A stretch of DNA of 64,000 nt from Octopus sinensis (lineage: Eukaryota). Under the pieces are notes generated by a model. It ran no database searches. It worked only from the letters and a program-made list of their open reading frames with translations, and was not told the origin of the DNA. Positions 50,201 to 62,009 of the stretch are shown in pieces. A program made the translations under genes and the position numbers. The first letter of the stretch is position 1. Each line of letters opens with the position of its first letter. The stretch covers positions 20,026,001 through 20,090,000 of the forward strand of contig NC_043016.1 in the NCBI RefSeq assembly GCF_006345805.1, written 5' to 3'.

Positions 50201-53200
50201 GGCACAAGTGCCAGTAAGGCAACGCTGGTAACGATCACGCTCGAATGGTGCCCTTTTACATGCCATTGGCACGGAAGCCAGTTGGCTGCTATGGCAACGA
50301 TCACGCTCGGAGGGTGCTCTTGGCACCCTACTAGCACAGGCACAAGTGCCAGTAAGGCAACGCTGGTAACGATCACGCTTGAATGGTGCCTTAAGGATTA
50401 ATTTTGTAGCAGTTGACAATGATACTATGCCAATCACTAGGTAAGAGACACCTTCCTGCATTGCCTGACTAACTAACGCAAGTGACTAAGAGATGTTTTT
50501 CTTTACCAGATATTTTCAGGATCTCAGAGATTATCTCTAATACTCCACTTATTTTTCCTGCCAATATACCCTGAATTGTGATATCTATTGTACAGCTGTC
50601 AACTTTAATAACTGATCCCTTTGCTGGGTGTCCTTGGAGCTGTCTCTCTTTCTAACTTGCATTCTTTACATTCACAGATCTCCCACAGCAACATTTTCAA
50701 GATACTTTCAATGATGCTAAACAAAGAAAAAAAAAAAAAAATTAAAATAAATATATTACACAATTTACCTGAAGAATGGAATTCAGTTTTGGTTGCATGC
50801 TATCAAGATAGTCTTTGCTCTCAGTTATCTCTTTTAGAAGTTTTTCCCTTTTTTCTTGAGATTTTTTCAGCTCACCAGATAACCTGATAAAATAAATATA
50901 GTAAAATAAAACTGATAAGATATTTGCCAAAGTTAATGCACAGTGGGACTGAACCCAAAACAATGTGGTTGACAAATGAACTACTTAACCACATATCCAA
51001 GCCAATATCTCTCTCTAACACTTCACAAACACACACCATCATCATCGTTTAATGTCCGCTTTCCATGCTGGCATGGGTTGGACGATTTTGACTGAGGGCC
51101 GGCGAACCAGATGGCTGCACCAGACTCCAATCTGATAAGGCAGAGTTTCTACAGCTGGATGCCCTTCCTAATGCCAACCACTCCGAGAATGTAGTGAGTG
51201 CTTTTTATGTGCCACCAGCATGGGGGCCAGTCAGGCTGTACTGGCAACGACCTACATGACACAGAATTACAAGGCTGACCCTTCGAAATAAAGGTACTAC
51301 TCATTTTCCCCAGCTAATTGGACTGGAGCAATGTAAACTCAAGGGTCATGCTGAAGGATACAACATACTATTAGGAACTGAACTCATGATCACATGATCA
51401 CGAGTCAAATATCCAAGCTTTTATCACACACTATATCATCATCATCATCATCATCGTTTAATGTCCATCTTCCATGAATGCATGGGCAGGATGGGTGACA
51501 GGAGCCGGCCAGGTAGAAAAACTACTCTAGGTTACTGTGTCTGTTTTGGTAGAGATTTTACAGCTGGATGCCCTTCCTGACACCAATCACTCTGTTGTGT
51601 GGACTCAGGGCTTTTTTATGTGGCACTAGCACAGGTAAAGTTAGTTTTGGCATGATTTTTACACCTGGATGCCCTTTGCAATGTGGACTGGATGTGTGTG
51701 TGTATCATCATCATCATCGTTTAACGTCCGCTTTCCATGCTAGCATGGGTTGGACGGAATAAGAAATATCACGTCACGTGACCGACCAGACCGTCAGATG
51801 TTGTTACACATCGCTGGTCACAATGCGTTCGCATTGCTTTAGCCTTCGAATGACGCCACCCCGCTGGCTAAGCGAGCAGGCCAACAGAAGAAAGAGTGGG
51901 AGAAAGAGTGGTGAAAGAGCACAGCAGGGATCATCACCCCCTGCCGGAGCCTCGTGGAGCTTTTAGGTGTTTTCGCTCAATAAACACACACAACGCCCGG
52001 TCTGGGAATCGAAACCGCGATCCTGCGACCGCGAGTCCGCTGCCCTAATATATATATATATAATATAAATAATACATAAATATATGCATATACATACATG
52101 TACATACCTACATATATATGTATATATACCTGCATATATGGGTGCAGGACATCAAAAAAACGTCAACAAAATGAGAAACGAGAACATAAAAAACAAACTT
52201 TTTACAGACAACGAAAGAAACAAATAGAGAAACGAGACAGGCAACATAAAGAACATTCCCTTCATCAGTTGTCCCCTGTTTTATCTACTCCGCATATATA
52301 AGCAGGGGCATGATTGTTTGATTAGGAAGTTTGCTTCCCAGTCACATGGTTTCAGGTTCAGTCCCACTGCATGGTACTTTAAACAAGTGTCTTCTTCTAT
52401 AGACCCTGGCTGACGAAAGCCTTGTGAATTGGATTTGGAAGACAGAAACTGAAAGCCTGTGTGTACGTGTGTGCGATTGAGCCTCTTTGTCTTGACATCA
52501 CATGATAGTTACGTTATAAACAAGTGACACCACCACATAAGCAGAACCATTCTTTTCTTATCTTCTGTGTAGACATGTCTAGCCATTGGGAAAATATTGT
52601 CTAGCTGGGAAACAGGTGAGGATTAACAACAAGAAAGACATCTGATTGTAGAAAATCTGTCTCAACAAATTCCATCCAGCCCATGCAAAACTGAAAACGA
52701 TTATATATATGTAAAATATATAAATATATATACATACATAAATACGAACGGATATCTCGAACAGTGAGAATGAGTACTCAATACTGCATTGATGGATAAA
52801 TATTCTACATTTGTGGGTCAACAAGGCTACCAATAAGTTTCATATAAAGAGGAATCTCTCAACTATTATCAAGCCTGTCACATCTTGGATGGAGATAAGG
52901 ACTAATATTCCTATGTGGCAGGATTGATAACTATTGAGAGATTCCCTTTACATGGAAATGTTGGTAGCCCTAATAACCCACAAATAAAGAATATTTGTAT
53001 GTAAATATAATACACATATATGTGTATATATATATATATATAATACAAATAAGAAAATGGAGAAACAAATTTGGTTTGTTCATCAACTTACGGATATTAT
53101 AATGTTGGATTATTTATTCATTTTACAAATGAGAACTAAATAATCAACATTATAATATCCGTAAGTTGATAAACAAACCAAATTTGTTTCTCCATTTTCT

Positions 53201-53913
53201 TATTTGTATTAGAAATTTACGGTAAAAATATTTCTTTACCTTCACCCGTTTAATACAATAAATGACTTAATTGCATTGCAATTAAAAACATTTATGTATT
53301 AAGAATTTGGGTATTTTACCAACAGTATATTGGATAAATGATATCCCATAGTGGGTTACACCCATAACCCCTATCTTACTTTGTACTATATATATATATA
53401 TATATTATATATATACCTGCACACTATCCATTTATAACAACAAAATATGAACTCCTATCACAACTTATATACCATGGACAAAAACCTTTTTACCCATTCT
53501 ACACAGCACATTCATTGGATTATGGAACACTAAGTTTAACATCCAACATATATCTTTATTTTTATTCTTTATATGTCCCTTTATACTTCTTATATCTCTC
53601 CCTTTTCAAAATAACTTTTTATACTGAACTCTACTATTTCCTTCTTTTTAACTCTTTCATTTCGTCTCTGATGATGGGATATCTTTTATAACCCTGATAC
53701 AGCTGTAAGACTAACCCCCTCTTTATAAAATGTCCTACAAATTTCACACTGCCTTGGCTTTGTTGTCTCATTTTATTTAACCTAAACACGCTCACACATG
53801 ACCTGCATTAGACTCCTCACACATACTATTATTGAACCAGGAGTCTAACAGTGGTCCTTCCATAGCACTTACATAGCCTTACCTGCCACCTCAAGTCTTC
53901 TGGATACCAAAAC

Positions 53914-53971
<58 letters not shown>

Positions 53972-56518
53972 TTAAATATATATATATAAAATCACCATCA
54001 GTGTTATAATGTCCACTTTCCATATTTGCATGGGTTGGACAGAATTGTAGAGGATGATTTACTAAGGTCATATGTCCTTCCACACTGGTTTCCAAGTGAG
54101 GTAATATTTCTCCATGACCAGAGAAGATTGAAAATGAAGGAGACTGCATGCATGATGGTGACACTCACAGCTATTATATGATATCAAGGCAAAAAGACTG
54201 TATCACACATACATGTATGCATACACACACACACACACACACATTTCAAATCTACAGAAAACAAAAAACAAAGGCAGGTGAGGGAATAACAAGCAGGTGT
54301 ATTAGTTTGATGCTCAGAAACATATGGAAAAGTCTTTGGCATTTTGAACTTATGGTCTCCCACAGAAAAAGAAAAGCGGAAAGTAAATAGAGAAAAAAAC
54401 CCAGTTTATGGATTAACGGTTTAACATGATGAAATAACTGGAAAGGATGGACTTCTTTCAGTTTTCTTCCACCAAATCCACTCACAAGGCTCTGGTCAGC
54501 CTGAAGCCATAAACAGAAGACATTTGATGATGGTGCTATATGGTGAAACTGAACCTGAAGTTCTGGGATTCAAAAAGCAAACTTTTTATTCCACAGCCAT
54601 GCTTGTACCTCATCATCATCATTTAATGTCCGCTTTCCATGCTAGCATGGGTTGGACGATTTGACTGAAGTCTGGTGAACCAGGCTCCAATCTTGATCTG
54701 GCAGAGTTTCTACAGCTGGATGCCCTTCCTAACGCCAACCACTCCGAGAGTGTAGTGGGTGCTTTTACGTGCCACCAGCATGAAGGCCAGTTTGGTAGAA
54801 CTGGCAATGACCACGCCCAAATGGTGCTTTTCATGTGCCACCTGCACAGGAGCCAGTCCAGAGGCACTGGCGGCAACCTCGCTTGAATGTTTCACATGCC
54901 AATAAATAAATAACATTTTAAGAGAATTTATCATCAGAAACACTGGACATACTTACTCTTTCCTTTGTTCTAACTCCCAATCCAAACGTGCAAGAGTTTG
55001 TTGGTGAGAATCATTGTGTGTGATTTTCTGCAATTATAAGAGAAAAGTTGTTAAAACAAAGATTGCAGTAAATGGACACATTCATAGGTATAAAATAAAA
55101 AAAAGGGGGCGGAGATACAACAATAACTGGGGAACAGAAATATGTGGAAACTATGTGAATGCATGATTTGTTAGAAATAGTAACCAACCCTCTCACAAAT
55201 TACACCCTACCCACTTAAGAAAAGGACACACTGGATAATAGAATCAGGGAAATAAAACTTCTAAATAACAACAACAACAATACACAGTAATAGGGAATTT
55301 GTTAATTATCATTTTTTTTTCTATCCTATTCTAAAATTTCAATTATTCTTACAGGTTTTGAAATCTCTTCTGGTGCATTTTCATAGAATTCTTCAATAGG
55401 AACCAATTCTACTTCTTCATCTTTAGATCTGAAAGAAAAGAGAAAAAAATAAATAAAAATGAAAACAATAGAACAGAAATTTCCCCCCAAATTTAATAAA
55501 ACTATTTCAGTTCTAAAAAAATCATTACCTCTCACATTTAGAAATACAACTCAAAAAACTTTTTTTTTAAAGCAGTTAAAAAAAGTTTTTAAATTATTTT
55601 TTTTATTTTAAAGATGACAGAATTTTCAACAGATCAGAGTGACCACATCTACTTGACTGACTGGTAAGGAATCATTCGCCAACACACTTCAGTCTCTACC
55701 CCACAACTGTACTGTTTCCTCTCTCTCCCTGCCATTCTATCTTTATATATAAAAGTGAAGTTGTGTGTCTGTCTCCTACGATTTAGATTCCTAACTACTC
55801 CCACATTTTGTGGTGCAGTTTAACCAAAACCGGGTATCTTATAGTCGTGATTCATATCGAGCCCTTCTGGGTATTAGCACGCATCTACGATGAGTCTACG
55901 ATTTTAAAAATAATTTACCATCATTTTTTTCCATTTTAATGCATTTTTTCGCTATTATATAAGGGAAGTAACTCTCTAAAAATGTCTACGATGAGTTGAG
56001 TCAACGATTTAAAAAAAATTTACCATAATTTTTTTTCCATTTATAATGTATTTTTTAGCTATAACTCTCTAAAAATGCTTATATAGTTATTTCCCTTACA
56101 AACCCGAGCAATGCCGGGCAATACTGCTAGTTGTTAATACAATGGTTTCTGCACATCAGAGCTGATTGATCTCATACCAGGCCCATCTATCTCACTTTGT
56201 CAGTTTAGTACACACACACACACACACACAATACCTCTTATAATCTGCATAAATTTGCAAGCAGGTACATCAAATTCTCACAGCCACCAGACTAATTTAC
56301 TGGAAGATTGTACAGACAAGTAATACACCATTAATAAAATGCATCATTTATACTAATGTACAGGAAGCTATACTTTACTCTAACTGTAATCAGAATGAAA
56401 GATAGGGAAAGACTCCTTACTTAAATTCTAGGCACTTTGTAATTTCCTTCTGTAAATGTAAGGCTTCGTAGAGAAGATTCTGCAGCTGTAAGTGATAACG
56501 GTCAATTCGCAATTTGTC
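26874..56518 (-). CDS. THOC5: THO complex subunit 5 homolog, 3' 15 coding exons; N-terminal ~120 aa probably encoded beyond position 64000
   Basis: 15 GT-AG exons join in frame (1692 nt). Diagnostic peptides: [109 protein letters not shown]. These are collinear with recalled human THOC5. Confidence 0.96.
27570..28335. repeat. Three degenerate tandem copies of a ~230-270-bp unit
   Basis: Anchors aagttttgatt, tctgtcaaca, caacacag(a/g)ctt and actttcacttt recur three times in the same order. Confidence 0.8.
28883..29112 (-). mobile_element. SINE family A, full-length, with 14-bp target-site duplication
   Basis: ctttctattgttct occurs at 28869-28882 and again at 29113-29126, flanking the element. 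Confidence 0.9.
30328..30518 (-). CDS. THOC5: THOC5 exon
   Basis: ttgaag|GAA...GCAAG|gttatt; [13 protein letters not shown]...[17 protein letters not shown]...KIYPRLA(R). Confidence 0.92.
31815..32018 (-). CDS. THOC5: THOC5 exon
   Basis: tttcag|AAC...CAG|gtgagt; [32 protein letters not shown]...ALNDYHVQ. Confidence 0.94.
33292..33395 (-). CDS. THOC5: THOC5 exon
   Basis: ctacag|AG...TCC|gtaagt; [34 protein letters not shown]. Confidence 0.94.
33600..34035 (+). mobile_element. RTE LINE 3' UTR fragment (about 3 VNTR units, (GAT)n tail)
   Basis: Inverted relative to, and same subfamily as, 34290-35430. Confidence 0.88.
34290..35430 (-). mobile_element. 5'-truncated RTE LINE: ORF C-terminus, 3' UTR with 8-unit VNTR, (GAT)n tail
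   Basis: Minus strand [36 protein letters not shown]; VNTR units start at 34460, 34522, 34584, 34645, ~34707, 34772, 34834, 34898. Confidence 0.9.
35930..36628. repeat. ~700-bp almost pure A/T degenerate (TA)n tract
   Basis: Only two non-A/T bases seen. Confidence 0.95.
36714..37165. mobile_element. Inverted pair of CORE-like tRNA SINE heads (family B) separated by (TA)n
   Basis: 36714-36860 (+) vs 37004-37152 (-): about 5 differences over ~147 bp. Confidence 0.9.
37219..37418 (-). CDS. THOC5: THOC5 exon
   Basis: cttcag|T...CTTG|gtttgt; [26 protein letters not shown]...[14 protein letters not shown](E). Confidence 0.94.
38345..39438 (-). mobile_element. Internally deleted piggyBac element, TTAA TSD
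   Basis: ttaa|ccctttcg...gaaaggg|ttaa; acidic N-terminal transposase remnant 39181-38921 ending ..PEWSKKL; homologous to 60767-61984. Confidence 0.85.
39505..39606 (-). CDS. THOC5: THOC5 exon
   Basis: ctgtag|A...TTTGG|gtaagc; [33 protein letters not shown](G). Confidence 0.95.
41110..41221 (-). CDS. THOC5: THOC5 exon
   Basis: tttcag|AT...GGAGG|gtaggt; [36 protein letters not shown](G). Confidence 0.93.
43122..43221 (-). CDS. THOC5: THOC5 exon
   Basis: ctgcag|AAA...AGTG|gtaagt; [33 protein letters not shown](D). Confidence 0.93.
44013..44385 (-). mobile_element. Family B SINE, near full-length: tRNA/CORE-like head, internal (TA)n, tail ending gactgaaacaagtaaaaga
   Basis: Head homologous to 36714-36860; tail homologous to 3490-3570, 27310-27460 and 42170-42350. 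Confidence 0.85.
45523..45569 (-). CDS. THOC5: THOC5 exon (47 nt, acidic segment)
   Basis: ttacag|AA...TCT|gtaagt; [15 protein letters not shown], aligns with human DDESDSDAEEEQ; phases fit both neighbours. Confidence 0.9.
45615..45839. mobile_element. Second TTAA-flanked MITE family
   Basis: ttaa|cccttttgcattt...aaaagg|ttaa; relatives at ~1200-1396, ~8130-8295, ~32090-32310 and ~49580-49830. Confidence 0.8.
45956..46176. mobile_element. piggyBac-type MITE with TTAA TSD
   Basis: ttaa|ccctttcattacc...gtaatgaaaggg|ttaa. Confidence 0.88.
47467..47541 (-). CDS. THOC5: THOC5 exon
   Basis: tttcag|AT...GAAG|gtaatt; [24 protein letters not shown](E). Confidence 0.92.
48656..48788 (-). CDS. THOC5: THOC5 exon
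   Basis: attcag|GCT...TGTG|gtaagt; [44 protein letters not shown](D). Confidence 0.95.
49830..50390 (-). mobile_element. RTE 3' UTR, second subfamily, with duplicated ~130-bp higher-order repeat
   Basis: (CAT)n start; gtgccagtaaggc..ggtaacgatcacgct recurs three times; relatives at 25690-26090 and 57245-57610. Confidence 0.85.
50769..50883 (-). CDS. THOC5: THOC5 exon
   Basis: tatcag|G...CAG|gtaaat; [38 protein letters not shown]. Confidence 0.95.
51775..52047 (-). mobile_element. tRNA-derived SINE family D copy with a different 3' half
   Basis: Head homologous to 21230-21390; the tail is not. Confidence 0.8.
53041..53790 (+). mobile_element. Penelope-like remnant: foldback 53041-53211, AT-rich body, degenerate hammerhead 53664-53711
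   Basis: 76/75-bp arms with 2 differences; gtct-CTGATGA-tgggatat..ataaccct-GATAC-agct-GTA-agac, homologous to 24964-25015. Confidence 0.65.
54957..55027 (-). CDS. THOC5: THOC5 exon
   Basis: ttgcag|AAA...AAAGA|gtaagt; [23 protein letters not shown](E). Confidence 0.95.
55353..55428 (-). CDS. THOC5: THOC5 exon
   Basis: tttcag|A...CCT|gtaaga; [25 protein letters not shown]. Confidence 0.95.
55740..56130 (+). mobile_element. Non-autonomous Helitron (391 bp)
   Basis: A|TCTTTATATATAAAAG 5' end; 3' hairpin cccgagcaatgccggg then CTAG|T; no TSD; internal ~90-bp direct repeat. Confidence 0.85.
56421..56518 (-). CDS. THOC5: THOC5 exon
   Basis: ttgcag|GAC...TTTAA|gtaagg; [32 protein letters not shown](K). 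Confidence 0.95.
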
Positions 56519-59289
56519 CTGCAACAAGAAGTAAGAGAGAAATAACACAAAAGCAAACAGTTGTAGTGAATGTTCTTACAGATTTAAAAAGACAACAATG
56601 TTGACACTGCTATCATCATCATCATCATCATTTAACGTCCGTTTTCCATGCTAGCATGGGCTGGACGGTTCGACTGGGGTCTGGTAAGCCATGGAGGCTG
56701 CACCAGGCAGTGTTTCTACAGCTGGATGCCCTTCCTAATGCCAACCACTCCATGAGTGTAGTGGGTGTTTTTATGTGCCACCGGCACAGGGGCCAGAGCA
56801 GGCTGGCAAACAACCAGGATCGGTTGGTGCTTTTACATATCACCGACACGGATGCCAGTCAGGGGGCACTGGCATCTGCCACAGTCAGACGGTGATTTTT
56901 GCATATCACTGGCACGGGTGTCTTAACTACAATTTCCATTTGAATTTTTATTTTGATGTTGATGTACTTGACTCAATAGGTCTCCTCAAGAACAGTGGGT
57001 CCACTTTATATTCACTGTCTAAGCTGGCATAAGATGGATATGTGCGTGTACCCCTTAAAAATCACACCGTATCATGTTAGGAAACACAGCTTAGACAAAT
57101 GTAGTCTTAGTTATATTACATCAGAAATAGAAAATAGAAAACAAAACAGTGATCCATTACATATGAAATTCCTTTGATCTGTTGAATCAGGATTGACCTG
57201 AATGAAACACCAACAACTCTGTTTCATCATTCTTAATCTCCTCCTCATCATCATCATTGTTTAACGTCCGCTTTCCATGCTAGCATGGGTTGGACGAATG
57301 ACTGAGGGCTGGCGAACCAGATGGTTGCACCAGGCTTCAATCTTGATCTGGCAGAGTTTCTACAGCTGAATGCCCTTCCTAATACCAACCACTCCGAGAG
57401 TGTAGTGGGTGCTTTTACATGCCACCGGCACGGGGGCCAGTCAGGCTGTACTGGCAACGACCTCACTCGAATCTTTTACACATGCCACCGGCACAGGTGC
57501 CAGTAAGGCGATGCTGGTAACGATCACGCTCGAATGGTGTCCTTTACATGCCATCGGCATGGAGGCCAGATAGCCGCTCTGCCAACGATCAGACTCGGAT
57601 GGTGCTCTTCATAAAATTAGCTTTTTGATCTTTTTTTTTGCTGTTGTTTGTTCAGAGGTTTGTCTATTATTTGTCAAAGAGGAACAGTAGGAATCAGGAT
57701 AGGACCCATACATCTTGTAGAATATGTATAGGGCTAATTGGATTATATTGGGGCTATTATATTTAACTTAAACTGTTGCAGGCTAATGGATGGAGGAAAA
57801 TCAATAAGTACTTAGTTGCACAGGGAAGCAATTTTAGGGTTGAACGTATTCAGTAAGAAAGCTTAGTGTTGTTAGTGGTGATTATGGAGAAATGAGCTAT
57901 GAAAAGATGAGTTTTAATGCTAGTAGGTCTGCTGGGGATCTCGCAGATCTACAATAAAAGATATTCCTAAAGTTAGCACCGTTTTGTATATCCACAACCA
58001 TATTGTCCAATAGAATCCAAGTAAAAAAGTCACAGGGGTTCCTATAAATTAATTGTGAGTTTTTTTTTCTCCCTGTAACTTTATTACCAGTCACCGTCCA
58101 ATATGCACCTCTGATATACAAGACATTAAATCACAATTTGAGGGAGACTGTGTTGCTATTTCTACCAGTTTGAGCAACTGTGTACTGCTTTTATCATTAA
58201 CGAGATGCTGTTTAGTGTGCCATACCTGACAGTATCAATGAATTAAGCCAAACAGATGACCAAAGGCCCCAATTGCGATCCATCCATTTTCTGTTAATTG
58301 TAAGGGCAGGATTTGCAGATGAGTGATATGTTGCTATTTCAAGCAAAGAGAATGAGCACTTTGATGGAAAAAGTGGAGGTACAAGTATTGCAAGTGTTTC
58401 AGATACCTTTGGCACTGAGGTATTGCTAAGTTCAAAGAGGCTGAAGTTATTTTATTTGCAGTTATTGTTTAGCCCCAGGATAAAACAGAATTATGGATCA
58501 AAGTAGCACCCAGGACAACAATATCCAAAGTGTTCTCTCTCTCTCTCTTTCTTTCTTTTTTTGTTTTTGAGATGACAGGCTGTGATTTCTTGCAGATTAA
58601 GCAGCCACAAAGTGGCTTCCTTGTTGGTTTGGGAGTACATGAAACTTTATACAAGCAGCAAAAGCGACTACAAAGGTATATGCCTTGACATTAACAAATG
58701 GAAAAAATAATTAGGCAGGCATTAAGTATGCATAAAATAATTGCAGGAATATGTTAAGTTACACAATAAAAGTCTTTTGTTACAACACATTAAAGGTAAA
58801 TGTAGCATAGATATTTTAATAAAAATACAGAATAAGGGAAAAACAATAAGCAAAATATTACTGGTATCTAAAGGATTATTTTTTTTTTTAGACAGATAGC
58901 TTTAAATTTAAAGAGGATAATAGACTGTATTTTGTGACATTCATGCCTTTCCCATAGGTATTCTAGAGAGAGAAAGAAATTTTGTCAGTGAACAGGTCAC
59001 AGTCTTAAAGCGACGAAAATATTTTGACAAATTAAATTTAAATGTTGAAGTGAATCTAACGGATTTAGTGTGTTTCTTAAATGGCTTATAAACACTTTCC
59101 ACACTGCAATTGTTTTAGTTCCAGCACATGATCTCAGATCAGGTCACTTGCTTTGCAAGTACATCTCCGAAAGAAATAACATTTTTGGATAAAAAAATCA
59201 AAAAATCATTATGAATTTACTAAGAGAAAAAATAGGTTAGTGTGACCTATTTTTATCAAAATATTAGTAAGACTAAAGATAAAAACTGG

Positions 59290-59450
59290 TAACACCTATA
59301 CAAATTTAAAGTACTTCAACAAGATGGTGTACCCGGATGAGAATTTGCAATGATACTGGATAGGACAAAGAGGTACAGCTGAGTTCTCCACACATTATCC
59401 TGATTTAACACCTGTAGACTTTTACTTACAGGACAAATAAAAGTGTGGTT
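59290..59450 (+). mobile_element. Tc1/mariner transposase fragment
   Basis: YWIGQRGTAEFSTHYPDLTPVDFYL resembles WIGRRGPIEWPARSPDLTPLDFFL. Confidence 0.65.
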
Positions 59451-60082
59451 GTCCTTGCATACAGGCTTGGTCCCAGCAACCGTCTCCAGCTGAGCATCCC
59501 TAATCTCACAGGCTCGTAGGTGATGGTGCCATGTAAAAAGCACCCAGTAGACTGTACAGTGGTTGGCATTAGGAAAGGCATTCAGCCATAGAAACCATGC
59601 CAGAACAGACAGGGAGCCTAAACAGCCTTTCAGCTGGTGAGCTCCTGTCAAACCGTCACAGCCTTGCCAGCACTGAAAACATGCATTAAATGATGACGAT
59701 GATGACACTATAAAACAGGCTACACTAAAGGCCCTTTGGGAAGAAACTGAAACAGTATGAATAGCAATCCCTTCCTAAAGCCAACCACTTTACAGAGTGG
59801 ACTGGGTGCTTTTACATGGTACTCAGTGCTATTATGTGGAACCAGCCAGGGAGGCTATTTATGTGACACCAGCACCTGTGAGCTTGCCAGACAAGGACCT
59901 TTTGGCAGACAGAAAGAGTGAAAATTTTTGTGATGAGCAAGGTGACTATCTATAAAACTCCTGGCTGTAAAATTTCACTCACAATTCATTGGTCAAAGCA
60001 AGATTATGGTAGAAGACACTTGCCCAGTGAAAGGGGTAAGAAATGAAGAAGCTTGTTGTATGTATAAATGTGTGTATATATT

Positions 60083-60109
<27 letters not shown>

Positions 60110-60113
<4 letters not shown>

Positions 60114-60400
60114 TAAATTAGAGATAAAACCACTATTAGGCAAATCAAACAGTGAAAAACACTGTTTGATTTGCCTAATAGTGGTTTTATCTCTAATTTA
60201 ATATGTATATTTATACTGTAAAATTAGATTTAATCCTAAATCTAATTTACCCTGTAAGTTAGGATTTACTCCCTAATATTATTATTATTATTATATATAT
60301 ATATAGCAAAAACTGTCCGATGAACGGCAACGGGAAACTCAGAGTAACAGGTTTTGTTGAATTTTCTGCTGCTTTAAATAAAGCATATATATATATATAT
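60110..60400 (+). mobile_element. Penelope-like end: perfect 45-bp-arm hairpin (60110-60204), tail, (TA)n, hammerhead motif
   Basis: Arms 60110-60154 / 60160-60204 with AAAAA loop; homologous to 2580-3000. Confidence 0.65.
60307..60356 (+). ncRNA. Hammerhead-like motif with CCGAUGA (U4C) core
   Basis: CAAAAA-CUGU-CCGAUGA-A-CG-GCAA-CG-G-GAAAC-UCAGA-GUA-ACAG-GUUUUG; GNRA-capped stem II. Confidence 0.6.
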
Positions 60401-60766
60401 ATATACATGACTTTGTGTGAGTGATTTCATATTTTCTGTCATCCAAATAGTGTTGTTTGTTTTCAGTTCAGTAACTATGTCCGGGCTGTTGGTTGCAAGC
60501 TGCAGAAAAATCTCTACCCTCTAATGTAGTCCTATCTGACCCGTGCAAGTATAGATGAGTAAACTTTAAATGATTATATGTATATATGTTAGATAATAAA
60601 ACGAATGGTTTATACCAGATAGCTTACTGGTAAAGCACAATCACTTTCAGTGTTCAATATGTATTTGGTTAAATGAGATGGAAGATGAAAGATACGAGAA
60701 TTTTCATTAACCACTACAATTATTTTAATCCATCTAGCAACAATCCTTCATAGGTGGGATATTTAA

Positions 60767-61984
60767 CCCTTTCAATACAAACCCAGCCGTAGCCAGCTGA
60801 AAAAGTTTTTGGTTCATAAGACCAACCTGCCTGTAGCTGGCCGAGAGAACCCATTGTTATTTGAATGTGAATTTAAGTACAAATCTCGTTAGTACATTTG
60901 TGAAAATACGTGAATTCACTTTGTAAATAGTTGGGTTATAGTATCCGATATTGCTTGACGTGATATCTGAACTCAGTGAATTTTGGGAGATTTTTCCCCC
61001 ACATTTTTTCGGCATCAATTTTTCTTCAACTTTGAAAATGGATAGGAGTTTCATGTTATCAAGCATTGATTCTGAATTTAAAGCTTTTTCAACAGAAAAT
61101 AGGGAGATATCGAGAAAAAGAATGAATGCGGTACAAAATCACATGGTGTACAATAATGAATAGGATATTTCTGTATCAGAAACCGAAAGCAGTGATTCTG
61201 AAGAAACAAAGCAGCTATAGCGACAGCAAAGACAATTTTACATAGGAATGAAGTAAAAACTTTAAAAATGTTTTTATTAGCAATTTTTCTGAGGAGATAG
61301 AGTTTATCTATAGTCTTTCTTAGGAAGCGAAACCATTAGACTTTTATTTTTATCAGTATGCTTGTTTGAAGCGATCACTGCGGAAGCAAACACAAAATGG
61401 GGGATCAAAATTGGGAAAATTTGTGAAGCAAATACTGGGTACTGTTGTGGATTTAGGTTTTATACAGGGAAAATAATGGTACAATGTGGTCTGGAATTTA
61501 TTACTTCCATACCTTAACCAGGGCCGTATATTATTTTTTGACCAATTTTTTTAGTTCGGTCAAATTTGCGGTGGATTCCAGTATTTCACCTTTATGGTAC
61601 TCCTGTTCTGTTGTGCATTAAATTCAACTGATGATCTAGTGATATGCACAATTCTTCTATGTCAAAATTTTGTTGCATACCTCAATTAAATATTAGCTGA
61701 GGACTAATTTTCTATGGTAATGTTTGAACAAAATTTTAATATTTTTACCTTTTGTTCAGTTTACCAGGATTTACTTGTAATTAAAGTCACTTTGAGACAA
61801 AAGTTATGCAATAGAATTGATTAAGAACCCTTTCTTTAATTATGTTCCAAATATCACATTAATATGTTGATAAGTAAAAAAGTTACAATTATTTAATGAA
61901 ACTAGTCTAAATTCATGATTATTTTAGAATTTAATTGAAACTCATGAGGGGTGTATTTTGGTCAGAAATATAGTAACGAAAGGG
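60767..61984 (+). mobile_element. Internally deleted piggyBac element, TTAA TSD, transposase core fragment
   Basis: ttaa|ccctttc...cgaaaggg|ttaa; fragment near 61390-61470 reads approximately TKWGIK..ICEANTGYCCGFRFYTGK (frameshifted), matching the piggyBac KP.K.GIK..GY..Y.GK motif. Confidence 0.85.
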
Positions 61985-62009
61985 TTAACAACTGGTTCAG
62001 GAGTATCTG

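Noticed and set aside
52250-52290. Minus-strand gacaa-CTGATGA-aggg motif
   Set aside because: No GAAAC/GUH half at a workable distance.
57161-57197. 37-nt AG..GT segment on the minus strand as the next THOC5 exon
   Set aside because: The in-phase peptide (SILIQQIKGISY) does not resemble the expected LKKLNRLAH..THE segment. No matching exon was found in 56519-64000, so the upstream exons are presumed outside the window.
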